64,000 nt of DNA. Source: an uncultured bacterium (GTDB taxonomy: Bacteria; DAOPZR01). The DNA lies in assembly GCA_964517215.1 (NCBI GenBank), contig CAZFBR010000001.1, forward strand, positions 24,907 through 88,906. The letters are read 5' to 3'. Position numbers and translations under genes: made by a program. This document shows, one piece after another, positions 36,187 through 46,249 of this stretch (its first letter is position 1; each line of letters starts with the position of its first letter). The notes below the pieces were generated by a model. That model saw only the letters and a list, made by a program, of their open reading frames with translations. It did no database searches and had not been told where the DNA came from.

Positions 36187-36815
36187 CGCGCAGGATACAG
36201 GTGCCGGTATGGTGGGCGCTGTTCGGGTTGGTGTTGGTTGCCGCTGGTGTTTGGTGGTTCAAACAGCCCAAAGCTTTGGTTGCCGGCTATGACCCTCCGC
36301 ATAACCTGGTCGCATCGCTTTGTGGCGCTGACAGTACGACGTTGAATGCGCGAGTGCGTGCGGATTTTCTGTTGCGCGTACAAGAAAACCGTCGGGGTGA
36401 GATTCAGCGTGCATATCCGCAATTGGTTGAACATCCTGGTTTGGAGGGCTTCCTCCTGTCGCTGCCGGCATATGGCAAAAGGAATGCAGACGGATATGGT
36501 TGCCGTTTCGTCTTACCCGATGGCGGAAATGACACACTTGTCGTATTTCCCGAGTATTATCCGCCCCTTGAATTCCGCACGGCATCTGGTGAACAGGTTC
36601 CTACGCGGTTGGGGACCGATAATCAGGAATCGTTCCATGTTCTGTACCAACAAACCCGGCAGCGTTATTGGATGTTCGTGCAAATGGGGTGGGGGTACCC
36701 GGGGGTAATGTATGGCCCATTTGCTGAACCGGCAAGCTATCCGCCGGCTGTCGCAGAACAGCTGAACAAAGTGCGCCGTCAAATCATCGCCGATGCCGGA
36801 GGCATTGCCGATTAG
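36183..36815 (+). CDS. Hypothetical single-pass membrane protein (210 aa) in a low-GC islet
   Basis: N-terminal TM (VPVWWALFGLVLVAAGVWWF); no recognisable domain; G+C visibly lower than neighbours. Confidence 0.45.
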   Translation: MTRRIQVPVWWALFGLVLVAAGVWWFKQPKALVAGYDPPHNLVASLCGADSTTLNARVRADFLLRVQENRRGEIQRAYPQLVEHPGLEGFLLSLPAYGKRNADGYGCRFVLPDGGNDTLVVFPEYYPPLEFRTASGEQVPTRLGTDNQESFHVLYQQTRQRYWMFVQMGWGYPGVMYGPFAEPASYPPAVAEQLNKVRRQIIADAGGIAD

Positions 36816-37200
36816 ACAAGAACTGACCCCAGGGCGAATTGCCCTGTGCAGGGGTGGACTTCAACTGTGGTGCGCGCCGGGTGTTCGGCGGCAGCATATA
36901 TATGCAGGTGCCATTTGTTGTGCGTTGCTTGTGTGTTTCTTATGCCTTCTTGAATCATCCTGGCCGACAATATGTGCAGGTTTCAGCAAGGTGATATGCA
37001 GCATCAAACACGTCTGCACCAGGCATCGCACCGACTTGGACGCCGGCACATAAGTGCCTGACGGGTGCTCATCATTGCGGGATATCCTCATGTCGTTCAG
37101 GCACATTGCACTGCCGGGTGCCGGCAATTGACGGCCCGCGGGGAAAGGGCTATGATAACGGCATGGCATCCGCCGGAGCGGGCCGGGAGACGGGGACGCG

Positions 37201-38718
37201 ATGTTTGTCCGCCTGATCTCGGCCGCGCTGTTCGGGATTGAGGCGTACCGCCTCGAAGTCGAGGTGGACGTCGCCAACGGCATCCCCTGTTTCACCATCG
37301 TCGGCATGCCCGACACCGCCATCCGCGAAAGCCGCGAGCGGGTGCGCGCGGCGCTCAAGAACAACGGCTTCGAATTCCCCGCCAAGCGCATCACCGTCAA
37401 CCTCGCCCCTGCCGACCGGAAAAAAGAAGGCGCGGCGTTCGACCTGCCCATGGCGCTCGGCATCATCGCCGCCTCGGGCCAGCTCCGGCGCACGGCCTTC
37501 ACTGAGGTGCTCATTGTCGGCGAGCTCGCGCTCGACGGCACGCTGCGGCCGGTGCCCGGCATCTTGCCCATCGCCATGGACGCGGAACGGCATGGCGCGC
37601 AGTTCCTGCTCGTCCCTGCCGCCAATGCGGCTGAAGCGGCGGCGGTAATTCCGGCGGAACGCATCGTCCCGCTCGCCACCCTGGCGCAGGCGGTGGCGTG
37701 GCTGCAGGGCGAGCTGCCGCCCGAGGCGTTGCGGCTGCCGCCGCCGCCGGTCTGGCAGCCGCGCGACAGCGTTGACCTGCGCGAAGTGAAGGGTCAGGCG
37801 TCGGCCAAGCGCGCGCTGGAGATCGCCGCGGCGGGCGCGCATAACCTGCTCTTTATCGGTCCGCCCGGATCGGGCAAGACCATGCTGGCGCGACGGCTCC
37901 CCACCATCCTCCCTGAGCTGACCCGCGACGAGGCGGTGGCGGTGACCCGCGTCCACAGCGTTGCCGGCCTGCTGCCGGCGGGGCAGGGGCTGCTGCGCGA
38001 ACGGCCGTTCCGCGCGCCGCATCACACGGTGAGCGATGCCGGGCTGATCGGCGGCGGGCAGATCCCGCGCCCGGGCGAGGTTTCGCTCGCCCATTTCGGG
38101 GTGCTCTTTCTCGACGAACTGCCCGAATTCCAGCGCCATGTCCTCGAAGCGATGCGCCAGCCGCTCGAGGGGGGTGAGGTGACCATTGCCCGGTCGGCCA
38201 TGACGCTGCAGTTCCCCGCGCGGTTCATGCTGGTGGCGGCGATGAATCCCTGCCCCTGCGGCTTCCGCGGCGATCCGCGTCATGCCTGCACCTGCCGGCC
38301 CGACGAAATCGACCGCTACCTGGCGAAAATCTCCGGACCGCTGCTCGACCGCATCGACCTGCACCTCGAAGTGCCTGCCGTGTCGTACGATGAACTGCAG
38401 CAGCGCAGCGGCGACGGCGAGCATTCCGCTGCGGTCCGCACCCGTGTCGCCCGGGCGCGTACTATTCAGGCGCAGCGCGGTCCGCACTGGAATGCCTATC
38501 TTTCAGAAAAGGAAGTGCGGGCGGCGGTGGTGCTCGACCAGTCAGCTGAGGATTTGCTGCGCATGGCAGTTGACCGGCAGGGTTTCAGCGCCCGCGCCTA
38601 TCATCGCGTCCTGAAGGTGGCACGCACCATTGCGGATCTTGCCGGGAGTGATCGTGTCGCCACGGACCACGTCGCCGAGGCGCTGTCGTACCGCGCGCTC
38701 GAACGGATTCCCGAATGA
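37201..38718 (+). CDS. yifB: Mg-chelatase-like AAA+ ATPase YifB/ComM
   Basis: ChlI N-terminal domain (FGIEAYRLEVEVDV), Walker A FIGPPGSGKTM, sensor/arginine-finger region. Confidence 0.85.
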   Translation: MFVRLISAALFGIEAYRLEVEVDVANGIPCFTIVGMPDTAIRESRERVRAALKNNGFEFPAKRITVNLAPADRKKEGAAFDLPMALGIIAASGQLRRTAFTEVLIVGELALDGTLRPVPGILPIAMDAERHGAQFLLVPAANAAEAAAVIPAERIVPLATLAQAVAWLQGELPPEALRLPPPPVWQPRDSVDLREVKGQASAKRALEIAAAGAHNLLFIGPPGSGKTMLARRLPTILPELTRDEAVAVTRVHSVAGLLPAGQGLLRERPFRAPHHTVSDAGLIGGGQIPRPGEVSLAHFGVLFLDELPEFQRHVLEAMRQPLEGGEVTIARSAMTLQFPARFMLVAAMNPCPCGFRGDPRHACTCRPDEIDRYLAKISGPLLDRIDLHLEVPAVSYDELQQRSGDGEHSAAVRTRVARARTIQAQRGPHWNAYLSEKEVRAAVVLDQSAEDLLRMAVDRQGFSARAYHRVLKVARTIADLAGSDRVATDHVAEALSYRALERIPE

Positions 38719-38857
38719 TTCGCCCGCGTCGCCGCGATGGTCTGGTATCCGTCGGGCCGAATGCCGGCATACCGCGGGACGTGTGCAGGATGTGGGCATC
38801 CGCTGCCGGTCATGGTGTGTGGTATAATTGCGGTAGAGGCAACCAGGGAGGCGGCCA

Positions 38858-39169
38858 ATGAATGATATCCAGCGTGATGAATTTCAGCGGTTTGCGGTAC
38901 GCTTGTGCGTGGCCCGGCGATTGCTCGGCGGGTTTCTGCTGATCGGCGTGGGGTTGTACCTGTTGTCGGCCGGCGCCTTTTTCGGTCTGCACGGCTGGGT
39001 GATGCATCTTACGCATCACTGGTACGGGCTTATTCCGCCCCAGGTCGAGCTGCTGTCGCTGCTCTATTTCACCGCCCTGAAATGCCTGTTTGCCGGGGTG
39101 GTGCTGCCGCTCTGGCTGAGCGCGCTGCTGACCGGCCGCTGGGTCGACCGCCAGCTCGGCGCGGCATAA
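38858..39169 (+). CDS. Small hypothetical membrane protein
   Basis: 103 aa, 3 hydrophobic segments; weak support only. Confidence 0.3.
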   Translation: MNDIQRDEFQRFAVRLCVARRLLGGFLLIGVGLYLLSAGAFFGLHGWVMHLTHHWYGLIPPQVELLSLLYFTALKCLFAGVVLPLWLSALLTGRWVDRQLGAA

Positions 39170-39221
39170 AAAACGCCGGACCGCGTTGCGGTCCGGCGCG
39201 AATGTGCGGCGGGGTGGCGGG

Positions 39222-39659
39222 CTACAGGGCGTAGACCTGCTCAGCGGTCAGCACGGGAATGCTGGCCGCCGCCAATGCCTTGACGCCCGCGGCAATATTC
39301 TCCGTGCGCATGACCACCACCGCATGCTTGGCGGACTTTTCCACGAACGCGTAGATGTATTCGACATTGATCCCGGCAGTGCTCATCGCGCGCAGCACCG
39401 CCGCCAGCCCGCCCGGCCGGTCGCTCACCAGCACGGCGATAACCTCGGTTTCCTTGACGGTGAACCGCGCCTTTTCCAGCACCTGCTTGGCCCGGTCCGG
39501 TTCCGGCACAATCAGCCGCAGGATGCCGAAATCAGCGGTATCGGCGATTGATAACGCGCGGATATTGATCCCCGCCGCGCCCAGCGTCTCCACCGCCTCG
39601 AGCAGCCGTCCCTGCTTGTTCTCCAGAAAGATCGAGATCTGCTTGACTTTCATGATCAT
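39222..39659 (-). CDS. ACT-domain protein (tandem ACT), partner of the aryl-CoA ligase
   Basis: ISIFLENKQGRL...GINIRALSI and IAVLVSDRPGGLAAVLRAMSTAGINVEY ACT signatures. Confidence 0.7.
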   Translation of the reverse strand: MIMKVKQISIFLENKQGRLLEAVETLGAAGINIRALSIADTADFGILRLIVPEPDRAKQVLEKARFTVKETEVIAVLVSDRPGGLAAVLRAMSTAGINVEYIYAFVEKSAKHAVVVMRTENIAAGVKALAAASIPVLTAEQVYAL

Positions 39660-39668
39660 TCCTTTCCC

Positions 39669-40988
39669 CTACAGGTTCCGCTGATCGATGACGCGCACGG
39701 CCTTGCCTTCGCTGCGCGGCAGCGACTTCGGCTCGACCAGAGCCACCTTCACCCGCAGGCCGACGGCCTGCTCGATATGCCGCTCCACCTTGCGTTTGAA
39801 CTCCTCGACATGGCGGACCTCGTCGGAGAAGAAGCCCCTGCTCGCCTCGACCCGCACTTCGACCTCATCCAGCCCGCCGGCCGGGCGCGAGACGATGATC
39901 TGGTAGATCGGCTCCAGACCCTTGATCTCGAAGAGCGCGCGCTCGATCTGCGACGGGAAGAGAATGACCCCGCGGATCTTGAGCATGTCGTCCGACCGGC
40001 CGGTGATGCGGCTCATGCGCACCAGGGTGCGTCCGCAGGCGCAGGTCCCCCGCTCGAGCGAGGTCAGGTCGCGCGTGCGGAAACGCAGCATGGGCATCCC
40101 CTCGCGGGTGAGTGTGGTCAGCACCAGCTCGCCCACGGCGCCGTCGGGAAGCGGCTCGAGGGTTTCGGGCGACACCACCTCGGGAAAGAACAGGTCCTCG
40201 GCAATGTGCAGCCCGCACTTGGCGGGGCATTCCTGCGCCACGCCCGGTCCGATGACCTCGGTCAACCCGTAGATGTTGAGCGCCTGCAGCGGATAGCGCT
40301 TCTCGATCTCCGCACGCATGTGCTCCGTCCACATTTCCGCGCCGAACAGCCCGGCCTTGAGTTTCGTTTTGTGCAGGTCGATTCCCGCCTCGGCGGCGAG
40401 CTCGGCCAGGTGCAGCATGTAGGAGGGCGTGCCGGTGATGATTGTGCTGCCGAAATCCTGCAGGATGGTGAGCTGGCGCTTGCTGTTCCCTGCGGAGATC
40501 GGCACCAGCATGGCGCCGATGCGGTGTGCCCCGTAATGCACGCCCAGTCCGCCGGTGAACAGCCCGTAGCCGTAGCAGTTCTGCACGATATCCTCGGGCG
40601 TGGCCCCGGCCATGGTCATGGCGCGGGCCATCGCCTCGCCCCACAGCCTGATGTCACCGGCGGTATACCCGCTCACCACCGGCTTGCCGGTCGTGCCCGA
40701 CGAGGTGTGGATCTCGACAATCTCGCGGCGCGGGACAGCGAACATGCCGAAGGGATAGCCCGCGCGCAGTTCCGGCTTGCCGATGCACGGCAGCCGGCGG
40801 ATGTCGTCGAGCGTGCGGATATCCTCCGGCCTGACCTTCGCCGCCTTGAACGCCTGGCGGTAATACGGCACGCGCGCATAGGCGTGCGCGACCGTCGCCT
40901 TCAGCCGGCGCAACTGCAGCGCGCGGCGCTTCGCCGCCGGCATGCACTCCGCCGCGCGGTCCCAGATGAGGTATTTTTTCCGTGCCAT
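39669..40988 (-). CDS. paaK: Phenylacetate-CoA ligase family paralog 2
   Basis: RBS AAGGAG; [40 protein letters not shown]. Confidence 0.85.
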   Translation of the reverse strand: MARKKYLIWDRAAECMPAAKRRALQLRRLKATVAHAYARVPYYRQAFKAAKVRPEDIRTLDDIRRLPCIGKPELRAGYPFGMFAVPRREIVEIHTSSGTTGKPVVSGYTAGDIRLWGEAMARAMTMAGATPEDIVQNCYGYGLFTGGLGVHYGAHRIGAMLVPISAGNSKRQLTILQDFGSTIITGTPSYMLHLAELAAEAGIDLHKTKLKAGLFGAEMWTEHMRAEIEKRYPLQALNIYGLTEVIGPGVAQECPAKCGLHIAEDLFFPEVVSPETLEPLPDGAVGELVLTTLTREGMPMLRFRTRDLTSLERGTCACGRTLVRMSRITGRSDDMLKIRGVILFPSQIERALFEIKGLEPIYQIIVSRPAGGLDEVEVRVEASRGFFSDEVRHVEEFKRKVERHIEQAVGLRVKVALVEPKSLPRSEGKAVRVIDQRNL

Positions 40989-40998
40989 GATCGGCTCC

Positions 40999-41418
40999 TT
41001 AGTTCCCGTCGTACATGGTGAGGCCGGCCCCGGCCAGCTTGCGGCGCGCCGCCGCGATATCATCGGTCTCGACGACAAAATAGGCGATGGCCCGCTCCTG
41101 CGGAATCAGCACGTAGGCATTGTCGATATTGACCGCCTGCTGCTGCAGCGCGTCGGCCACGGCATGCAGTCCGCCCGGCCGGTCGCTGATGGCGATCGCC
41201 AGCACCTCGGTCACCGCCACGGTGAACCCCGCCTGCTCGAATGCGGTGGTGGCGCGGTCGGTATCGTCGACGATGAACTTGATCACCCCGAACTTGCCGC
41301 TGCTGGCGATGTTCAGCGCGAGGATGTTGACCTTTTCCTGCGCCAGCACCCGGCAGATATTCTCCAGCTTGCCCGGCTGGTTCTTGGCGAACACCGAAAT
41401 CTGGCGTAATGCGCCCAT
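40999..41418 (-). CDS. ACT-domain protein (tandem ACT)
   Basis: [31 protein letters not shown] and [24 protein letters not shown]. Confidence 0.7.
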   Translation of the reverse strand: MGALRQISVFAKNQPGKLENICRVLAQEKVNILALNIASSGKFGVIKFIVDDTDRATTAFEQAGFTVAVTEVLAIAISDRPGGLHAVADALQQQAVNIDNAYVLIPQERAIAYFVVETDDIAAARRKLAGAGLTMYDGN

Positions 41419-41427
41419 GGCTTCCTC

Positions 41428-42708
41428 CTACAGCGTGCGGTTGTCGAACACGCGCTTGGTTTTGCCCTCGCTTACCGGCAGGGTGCCCGGTTCCAGCAGT
41501 TCCACTTTCGGTTTGACGATGATCTCCGCCCGCACCCGGTCGATGATCTGCTTCTCCAGCGCCACCAGGTGCTCGACATTGCCGTCGAAAAACCGCGCTC
41601 CGATCTCCACCCTGATGGTGAGCTGATCGAGCGCGTCGAGATGAATCTGGTAGTTCTGTCCGACCCCCGGCGTTTCCATCAGCACCCGCTCGATCTGCTG
41701 CGGATAGAAATTGACCCCGCGCAGGATGAGCATGTCGTCGGCGCGCCCGTGGATGCGCGCGATGCGGCGGTGGGTCCGTCCGCAGCGGCATTTGCCGCGG
41801 TAGATATAGGTGATGTCGCGCGTGCGATAGCGGATGACGGGCATGGCCGTGCGCCGCAGCGTGGTCAGCACCATCTCCCCCTTTTCCCCGTCGGGCAGGA
41901 CCGTTCCGGTTGCCGGATCGATTATCTCGACGAGGAAACTGTCCTCCCACACATGCATCCCCTCGCGCGCCGGGCATTCGCCCGCCACGCCCGGCCCGTT
42001 CATCTCGGTCATGCCGTAGCAGTTGTAGACCTGAACCCCGAGCAGTTCCTCAATCTTCCGCCGGGTCTCCTCCGTGTACGGTTCCGCGCCGACGAAGACC
42101 CGCCGGAGCTTGAGCGAGGTGCGATCAATCCCCTTGCGTCTGAGCGCGTCGGCGAGATAGAGCGCGTAGCTCGGGGTCAGGTGCAGGGTGGTTGTCCCGA
42201 AATCCTGCATGAGCATGAGCTGCCGGTCGGTGTTGCCCGGCCCGGCGGGGATGACCATAGCCCCGATCTTTTCCGCGCCGTAATGCAGCATGATCGCCCC
42301 GGTGAACAGCCCGTAGGTCATCATGTTCTGGATCACATCGGCGGCGGTGACCCCGCCCATGGTGAGCGACCGGGCCATGTTCTCGGACGCGGCGGCGAGA
42401 TCGCCCTTGGTGAAAAAGATCGCCTTCGGCTTGCCGGTCGTGCCCGACGAGGTGTGCAGCCGCAGCACCTTGTCGTACGGCACGGCGAGCAGCCCGAAGG
42501 GATACCGGGTCTGCAGGTCCTCGCGGGTGGTGAAGGGGAGCTGCTGCACGTCGCTGATCTTGCGCAGCGGCGCGCAGCCGCGCAGCCGTTCGCGATAGAG
42601 CGGGCTTTTCTTCGCGCGCTGCACGCTGCGCCGCAGCAGCGCCAGCTGCAGGGCCTGAAGTTTCGTCCGACCCATTGTTTCCACCGCTTTGTTCCAAAAC
42701 AGTGCCAT
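41428..42708 (-). CDS. paaK: Phenylacetate-CoA ligase family paralog 3
   Basis: [40 protein letters not shown]; internal ATG chosen. Confidence 0.85.
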   Translation of the reverse strand: MALFWNKAVETMGRTKLQALQLALLRRSVQRAKKSPLYRERLRGCAPLRKISDVQQLPFTTREDLQTRYPFGLLAVPYDKVLRLHTSSGTTGKPKAIFFTKGDLAAASENMARSLTMGGVTAADVIQNMMTYGLFTGAIMLHYGAEKIGAMVIPAGPGNTDRQLMLMQDFGTTTLHLTPSYALYLADALRRKGIDRTSLKLRRVFVGAEPYTEETRRKIEELLGVQVYNCYGMTEMNGPGVAGECPAREGMHVWEDSFLVEIIDPATGTVLPDGEKGEMVLTTLRRTAMPVIRYRTRDITYIYRGKCRCGRTHRRIARIHGRADDMLILRGVNFYPQQIERVLMETPGVGQNYQIHLDALDQLTIRVEIGARFFDGNVEHLVALEKQIIDRVRAEIIVKPKVELLEPGTLPVSEGKTKRVFDNRTL

Positions 42709-42814
42709 GATCCGCCTCGGTACAATTATGATGGCCGTATTGTAGCCCTTTTTGTCCGCACTGGCAACTTTTGCCGTCTTGCCCAACAGCAGCGACTGAG
42801 CTACAATAAACCGC

Positions 42815-43741
42815 ATGGCATACTGTTACCTGTTCGGACCGGTCAATTCGCGGCGGCTTGGCCGCTCGCTTGGCGTCGATCTTGTGCCGCCCAAGGTCTG
42901 CACGCTCGACTGCGTCTATTGTGAAAGCGGGCGCACCACCCGCCACACCGGCGCGCGGGACGAATACGTCCCGACTGCGGCGGTGCTGGCGGAACTGGAT
43001 GCTTTTCTGGGAACCCGTCCGGAGCTCGACTACGTGACCTTTTCCGGCGCCGGCGAGCCGACGCTGCATCGCGGCCTCGGCACGGTCATTGCCCACCTCA
43101 AGGCGCGTCATCCGCAGTACCGCGTGGCGCTGATCACCAACGGCACGCTGCTGGGTGATCCCGCCGTGCGTCGCGAGGTGTGTCCGTGCGACCTGATTGT
43201 CCCGTCGCTCGATGCCGCGACCGACGCGGTCATGGCGACGGTCAACCGGCCCGTTCCCGGCTGCACCGCGGCGGGCCTTATCGATGCGCTCGTGGCCCTG
43301 CGCGGCGAATACCGCGGGCAGTTGTGGCTGGAGATTTTCATTGTGCCGGGCGTCAACGACACTGATGCGGAGCTGGCCGCGCTGGCGGCGGCGGCGGCCC
43401 GTATCCGCCCCGACCGCATCCAGCTCAATGCGCTCGACCGGCCGGCCCCCGACGCCTGGGTCCGCGCGGCGGACCGCGACCGGCTGGCGGTTATTGCGCG
43501 CCATTTCACCGGCCCGGTCGACGTTATCGCCCGCCACCACGCCACCGCCAGCGGCAGCGGCACCGTTACCGCCGCCGCAGTGTTGGAGATACTGCGCCGC
43601 CGGCCGAGCACCGCCGCTGATCTGGCGCACGGCCTGCAGGGCAGCGCCGCCGATCTTGACCGCCTGCTGGTTGAACTGGAGCGCCGGGGGCTCATCCGCC
43701 CGGAAACGCGCGATGGCCTGACGTTCTTTCACTGCCGATGA
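42815..43741 (+). CDS. Radical SAM protein (COG0731-like Fe-S oxidoreductase)
   Basis: FGPVNSRRLGRSLGVDLVPPKVCTLDCVYCESG (CxxxCxxC); divergent from the paaK-ACT operon. Confidence 0.65.
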   Translation: MAYCYLFGPVNSRRLGRSLGVDLVPPKVCTLDCVYCESGRTTRHTGARDEYVPTAAVLAELDAFLGTRPELDYVTFSGAGEPTLHRGLGTVIAHLKARHPQYRVALITNGTLLGDPAVRREVCPCDLIVPSLDAATDAVMATVNRPVPGCTAAGLIDALVALRGEYRGQLWLEIFIVPGVNDTDAELAALAAAAARIRPDRIQLNALDRPAPDAWVRAADRDRLAVIARHFTGPVDVIARHHATASGSGTVTAAAVLEILRRRPSTAADLAHGLQGSAADLDRLLVELERRGLIRPETRDGLTFFHCR

Positions 43742-43889
43742 CCTTCAGATTACGCATTTGGATTTGGGTTTGATATATCATTACGAATTGACAATGGTGG
43801 TGATTGGTTTGGCACGCATCTTCATGTTGCACTGGTTGGGCAGGAATAACCAGGAAATTGGCTGCTATCACCAGTGGCGATAACGGTTT

Positions 43890-44237
43890 TTGATCAGCAC
43901 GATCGTGTTTGCGACACCGTATTGGGGATTATGCTGGCTTGATTCACAGATGGAACATATGGAAGGGAGTCCGACGGGAGCTGCTTCCGGTGATATTGGC
44001 GCATACAATTCAGCATTGGCACTCTCTCAGGTTGACGTGGCAGGCCAGACATTTCCGGTCACAACGCTCATGCAACTGTACAGTGACCATGCTCCGGGGT
44101 GGGCTGGCCCGTATATGGTAACCAATCGCGATGATGTCCGGGGCAATGAATATTCATATACCAGCAACGGCGTTTCGTATCACTGTCAATCCATGACTCC
44201 ATTTCCAACAGACACGAAACAATTCCGGGGTAATTGA
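43890..44237 (+). CDS. Orphan hypothetical protein in a low-GC islet
   Basis: 115-aa ORF (or ~96 aa from MEHMEG); no similarity recognised; compositionally atypical. Confidence 0.25.
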   Translation: MISTIVFATPYWGLCWLDSQMEHMEGSPTGAASGDIGAYNSALALSQVDVAGQTFPVTTLMQLYSDHAPGWAGPYMVTNRDDVRGNEYSYTSNGVSYHCQSMTPFPTDTKQFRGN

Positions 44238-44423
44238 ACTGCTACCCAGTGAAGCGCCCATTGCGAACCAAGCGGTGACAGGGCGTTGCGAATGGAATTC
44301 CTCGTCGGGGAAATGTGCACGTCACCACCCGGAAACAGGGCGGCTTGACGCGCCGGTACCGGCAAGCTATCGTGCGCGCATCACACCGCCAAGGTCTGAC
44401 CTGCTCCGGGGAGGGGAGGCAGC

Positions 44424-46232
44424 ATGGTATTCATTGCCGAACGCGCATACTATCGCGCGGCGTCGGGCCGCCGCCGTCTGGCAGTCCTGGCCGCGCTCAA
44501 CCGCATCAACGCGCTGGCCTGCATCAAGAGCGCGGAACACGGCTGGCTGGGCGCCAGCTTCTCCGTCGCGGAACTGCTGACCGTCCTCACCTTCGACCGG
44601 CGGGCGCGCAATGTCATCCTCTCCAAAGGGCATGCCGCCCCGATGCAGTACGCCTGCCTGTTCGGTACCGGCCGCATCGGCGCGGCACAGCTGCGCTCGT
44701 ACAAGAACGGCGCCGGCGCGCTGCAGGCCCATACCGACACCTGCACGCCGGGCATCCTCGTCAACAGCGGGTCGCTCGGCCAGGCGCTGTCCAAGGCGGC
44801 GGGCATGGCGCGGGTGGCGCCGCGCGAGGAATTCTTCGTCATTATCGGCGACGGTGAACTGCAGGAAGGGCAGAACTTCGAGGCGCTGCAGAGCATCGTG
44901 CAGCTCGGGTTGCGCAACCTGACCGTGATCCTCGACCGCAACGTGTTCCAGACCGAGTATCCGGTCGATGCCATCAAGGGGATCCGCGATTACCGGCAGG
45001 TCTTTGCCGGGTTCGGCTATACCGTGCTGGCGATCGACGGCCACGATCCGGCGGCGATCAGCGCGGCGCTGCGCCGGAAGGTGCGCGGCCAGAAACTGAT
45101 CATCGCGCAGACGCGGAAAGCGGGCGGATCGGCACTGCTGGCACCGGTGCGCGGCAAACAGCCCTGGCATGCGCAGGTCCCGGGGCGGGACCTGTACGCG
45201 GCGCTGCTGCACGAGCAGGCGGCGCTGACCGGGAATGCGCGGCTGCAAACAGCCGTCGCGGCTTTCACCGCGCGCCTGGTGCGGCAGCCGCAACCGGTCC
45301 CGCCCGCCCCGCGGTCGGGTTCCACCCGCGACCTGTTCTGGGACGCTGTGCTGCCGCATTACCGGCGCAACCGGAAGATCATGGTGCTGGACGCTGATTT
45401 GGCCAAATCCTGCGGCCTCGACCGGCTGCCGTCGCGTCCGCGCCAGTTCGTCGAGCTGGGCATCAGCGAGCAGGACATGGTCAGCTTCGCCGGCGGCTTG
45501 GCCTTGCGCGGGTACCGGCCCATCGTTAACACCTACGCGTCATTCTTCAAGCGCGCGTACGAGCAGCTTTGCGTCAACCAGTCGGAACAGGTCCCGGTGA
45601 TCTATGCGGGTCATTATGCCGGCTTCGATTATCATACCGACGGCAAGACGCATCAGTCGATCAACGATCTGTCGCTGATGCGCAGCGTCCCCGGCCTGGC
45701 GGTGTTCGAGCCGGTGACGGCGCGCCAGACCCGTCTCTATGTCGACTGGGCGCTGCGCCAGCGGACGCGCAGCAGCTATTTCCGGCTGCGGCGCACGCCG
45801 CTGCCGCTGGCGCTTGACGACCGCGCGGTGCGGCTCGATTGCCCGCTGACCGCGGGCCGCGAATTCGCCCGCTGCTTCGTCACCGGCGGCATCGTGGCCA
45901 CTGCGCTGGCGCTGCGCTGCCGGGAGGAACAGGACTTCGCGCGCTGGGGCGTGCTGGTCCAGGGCGCCTACGGCCTGCCGCTCGACCGGCCGTGGTATGC
46001 ACGGCGGCTGGCGCGCACGCGGGAGATCGTGGTCCTCGAGGACAATTTCCGGCAGGGGGGGCTATACGAGTTCACCTGCGCGCTGGTGAATGAGCTCGGC
46101 CTGCGGGTGCGGGTGCGCGCGCTGGCGCCGGACTTTTTCGGCTGGTCGTTCCGCACGTTCGACGACTGTCTGCGTCATTTCGGATTCACGCCCGACGGGG
46201 TGCGTGCTGTGCGGCGGGATGGCCGCGCATGA
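44424..46232 (+). CDS. Transketolase-family protein with fused TPP-binding (N) and pyrimidine-binding/C-terminal sections
   Basis: SKGHAAP, NSGSLGQALSKAAG, IIGDGELQEGQNFEALQ, LTVILDRN (N-part); FVELGISEQDMVSFAGGLALRGYRPIVNTYASFF...AYEQL (pyr domain). Confidence 0.7.
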   Translation: MVFIAERAYYRAASGRRRLAVLAALNRINALACIKSAEHGWLGASFSVAELLTVLTFDRRARNVILSKGHAAPMQYACLFGTGRIGAAQLRSYKNGAGALQAHTDTCTPGILVNSGSLGQALSKAAGMARVAPREEFFVIIGDGELQEGQNFEALQSIVQLGLRNLTVILDRNVFQTEYPVDAIKGIRDYRQVFAGFGYTVLAIDGHDPAAISAALRRKVRGQKLIIAQTRKAGGSALLAPVRGKQPWHAQVPGRDLYAALLHEQAALTGNARLQTAVAAFTARLVRQPQPVPPAPRSGSTRDLFWDAVLPHYRRNRKIMVLDADLAKSCGLDRLPSRPRQFVELGISEQDMVSFAGGLALRGYRPIVNTYASFFKRAYEQLCVNQSEQVPVIYAGHYAGFDYHTDGKTHQSINDLSLMRSVPGLAVFEPVTARQTRLYVDWALRQRTRSSYFRLRRTPLPLALDDRAVRLDCPLTAGREFARCFVTGGIVATALALRCREEQDFARWGVLVQGAYGLPLDRPWYARRLARTREIVVLEDNFRQGGLYEFTCALVNELGLRVRVRALAPDFFGWSFRTFDDCLRHFGFTPDGVRAVRRDGRA

Positions 46233-46249
46233 CCGTTGCTACCATGGTG

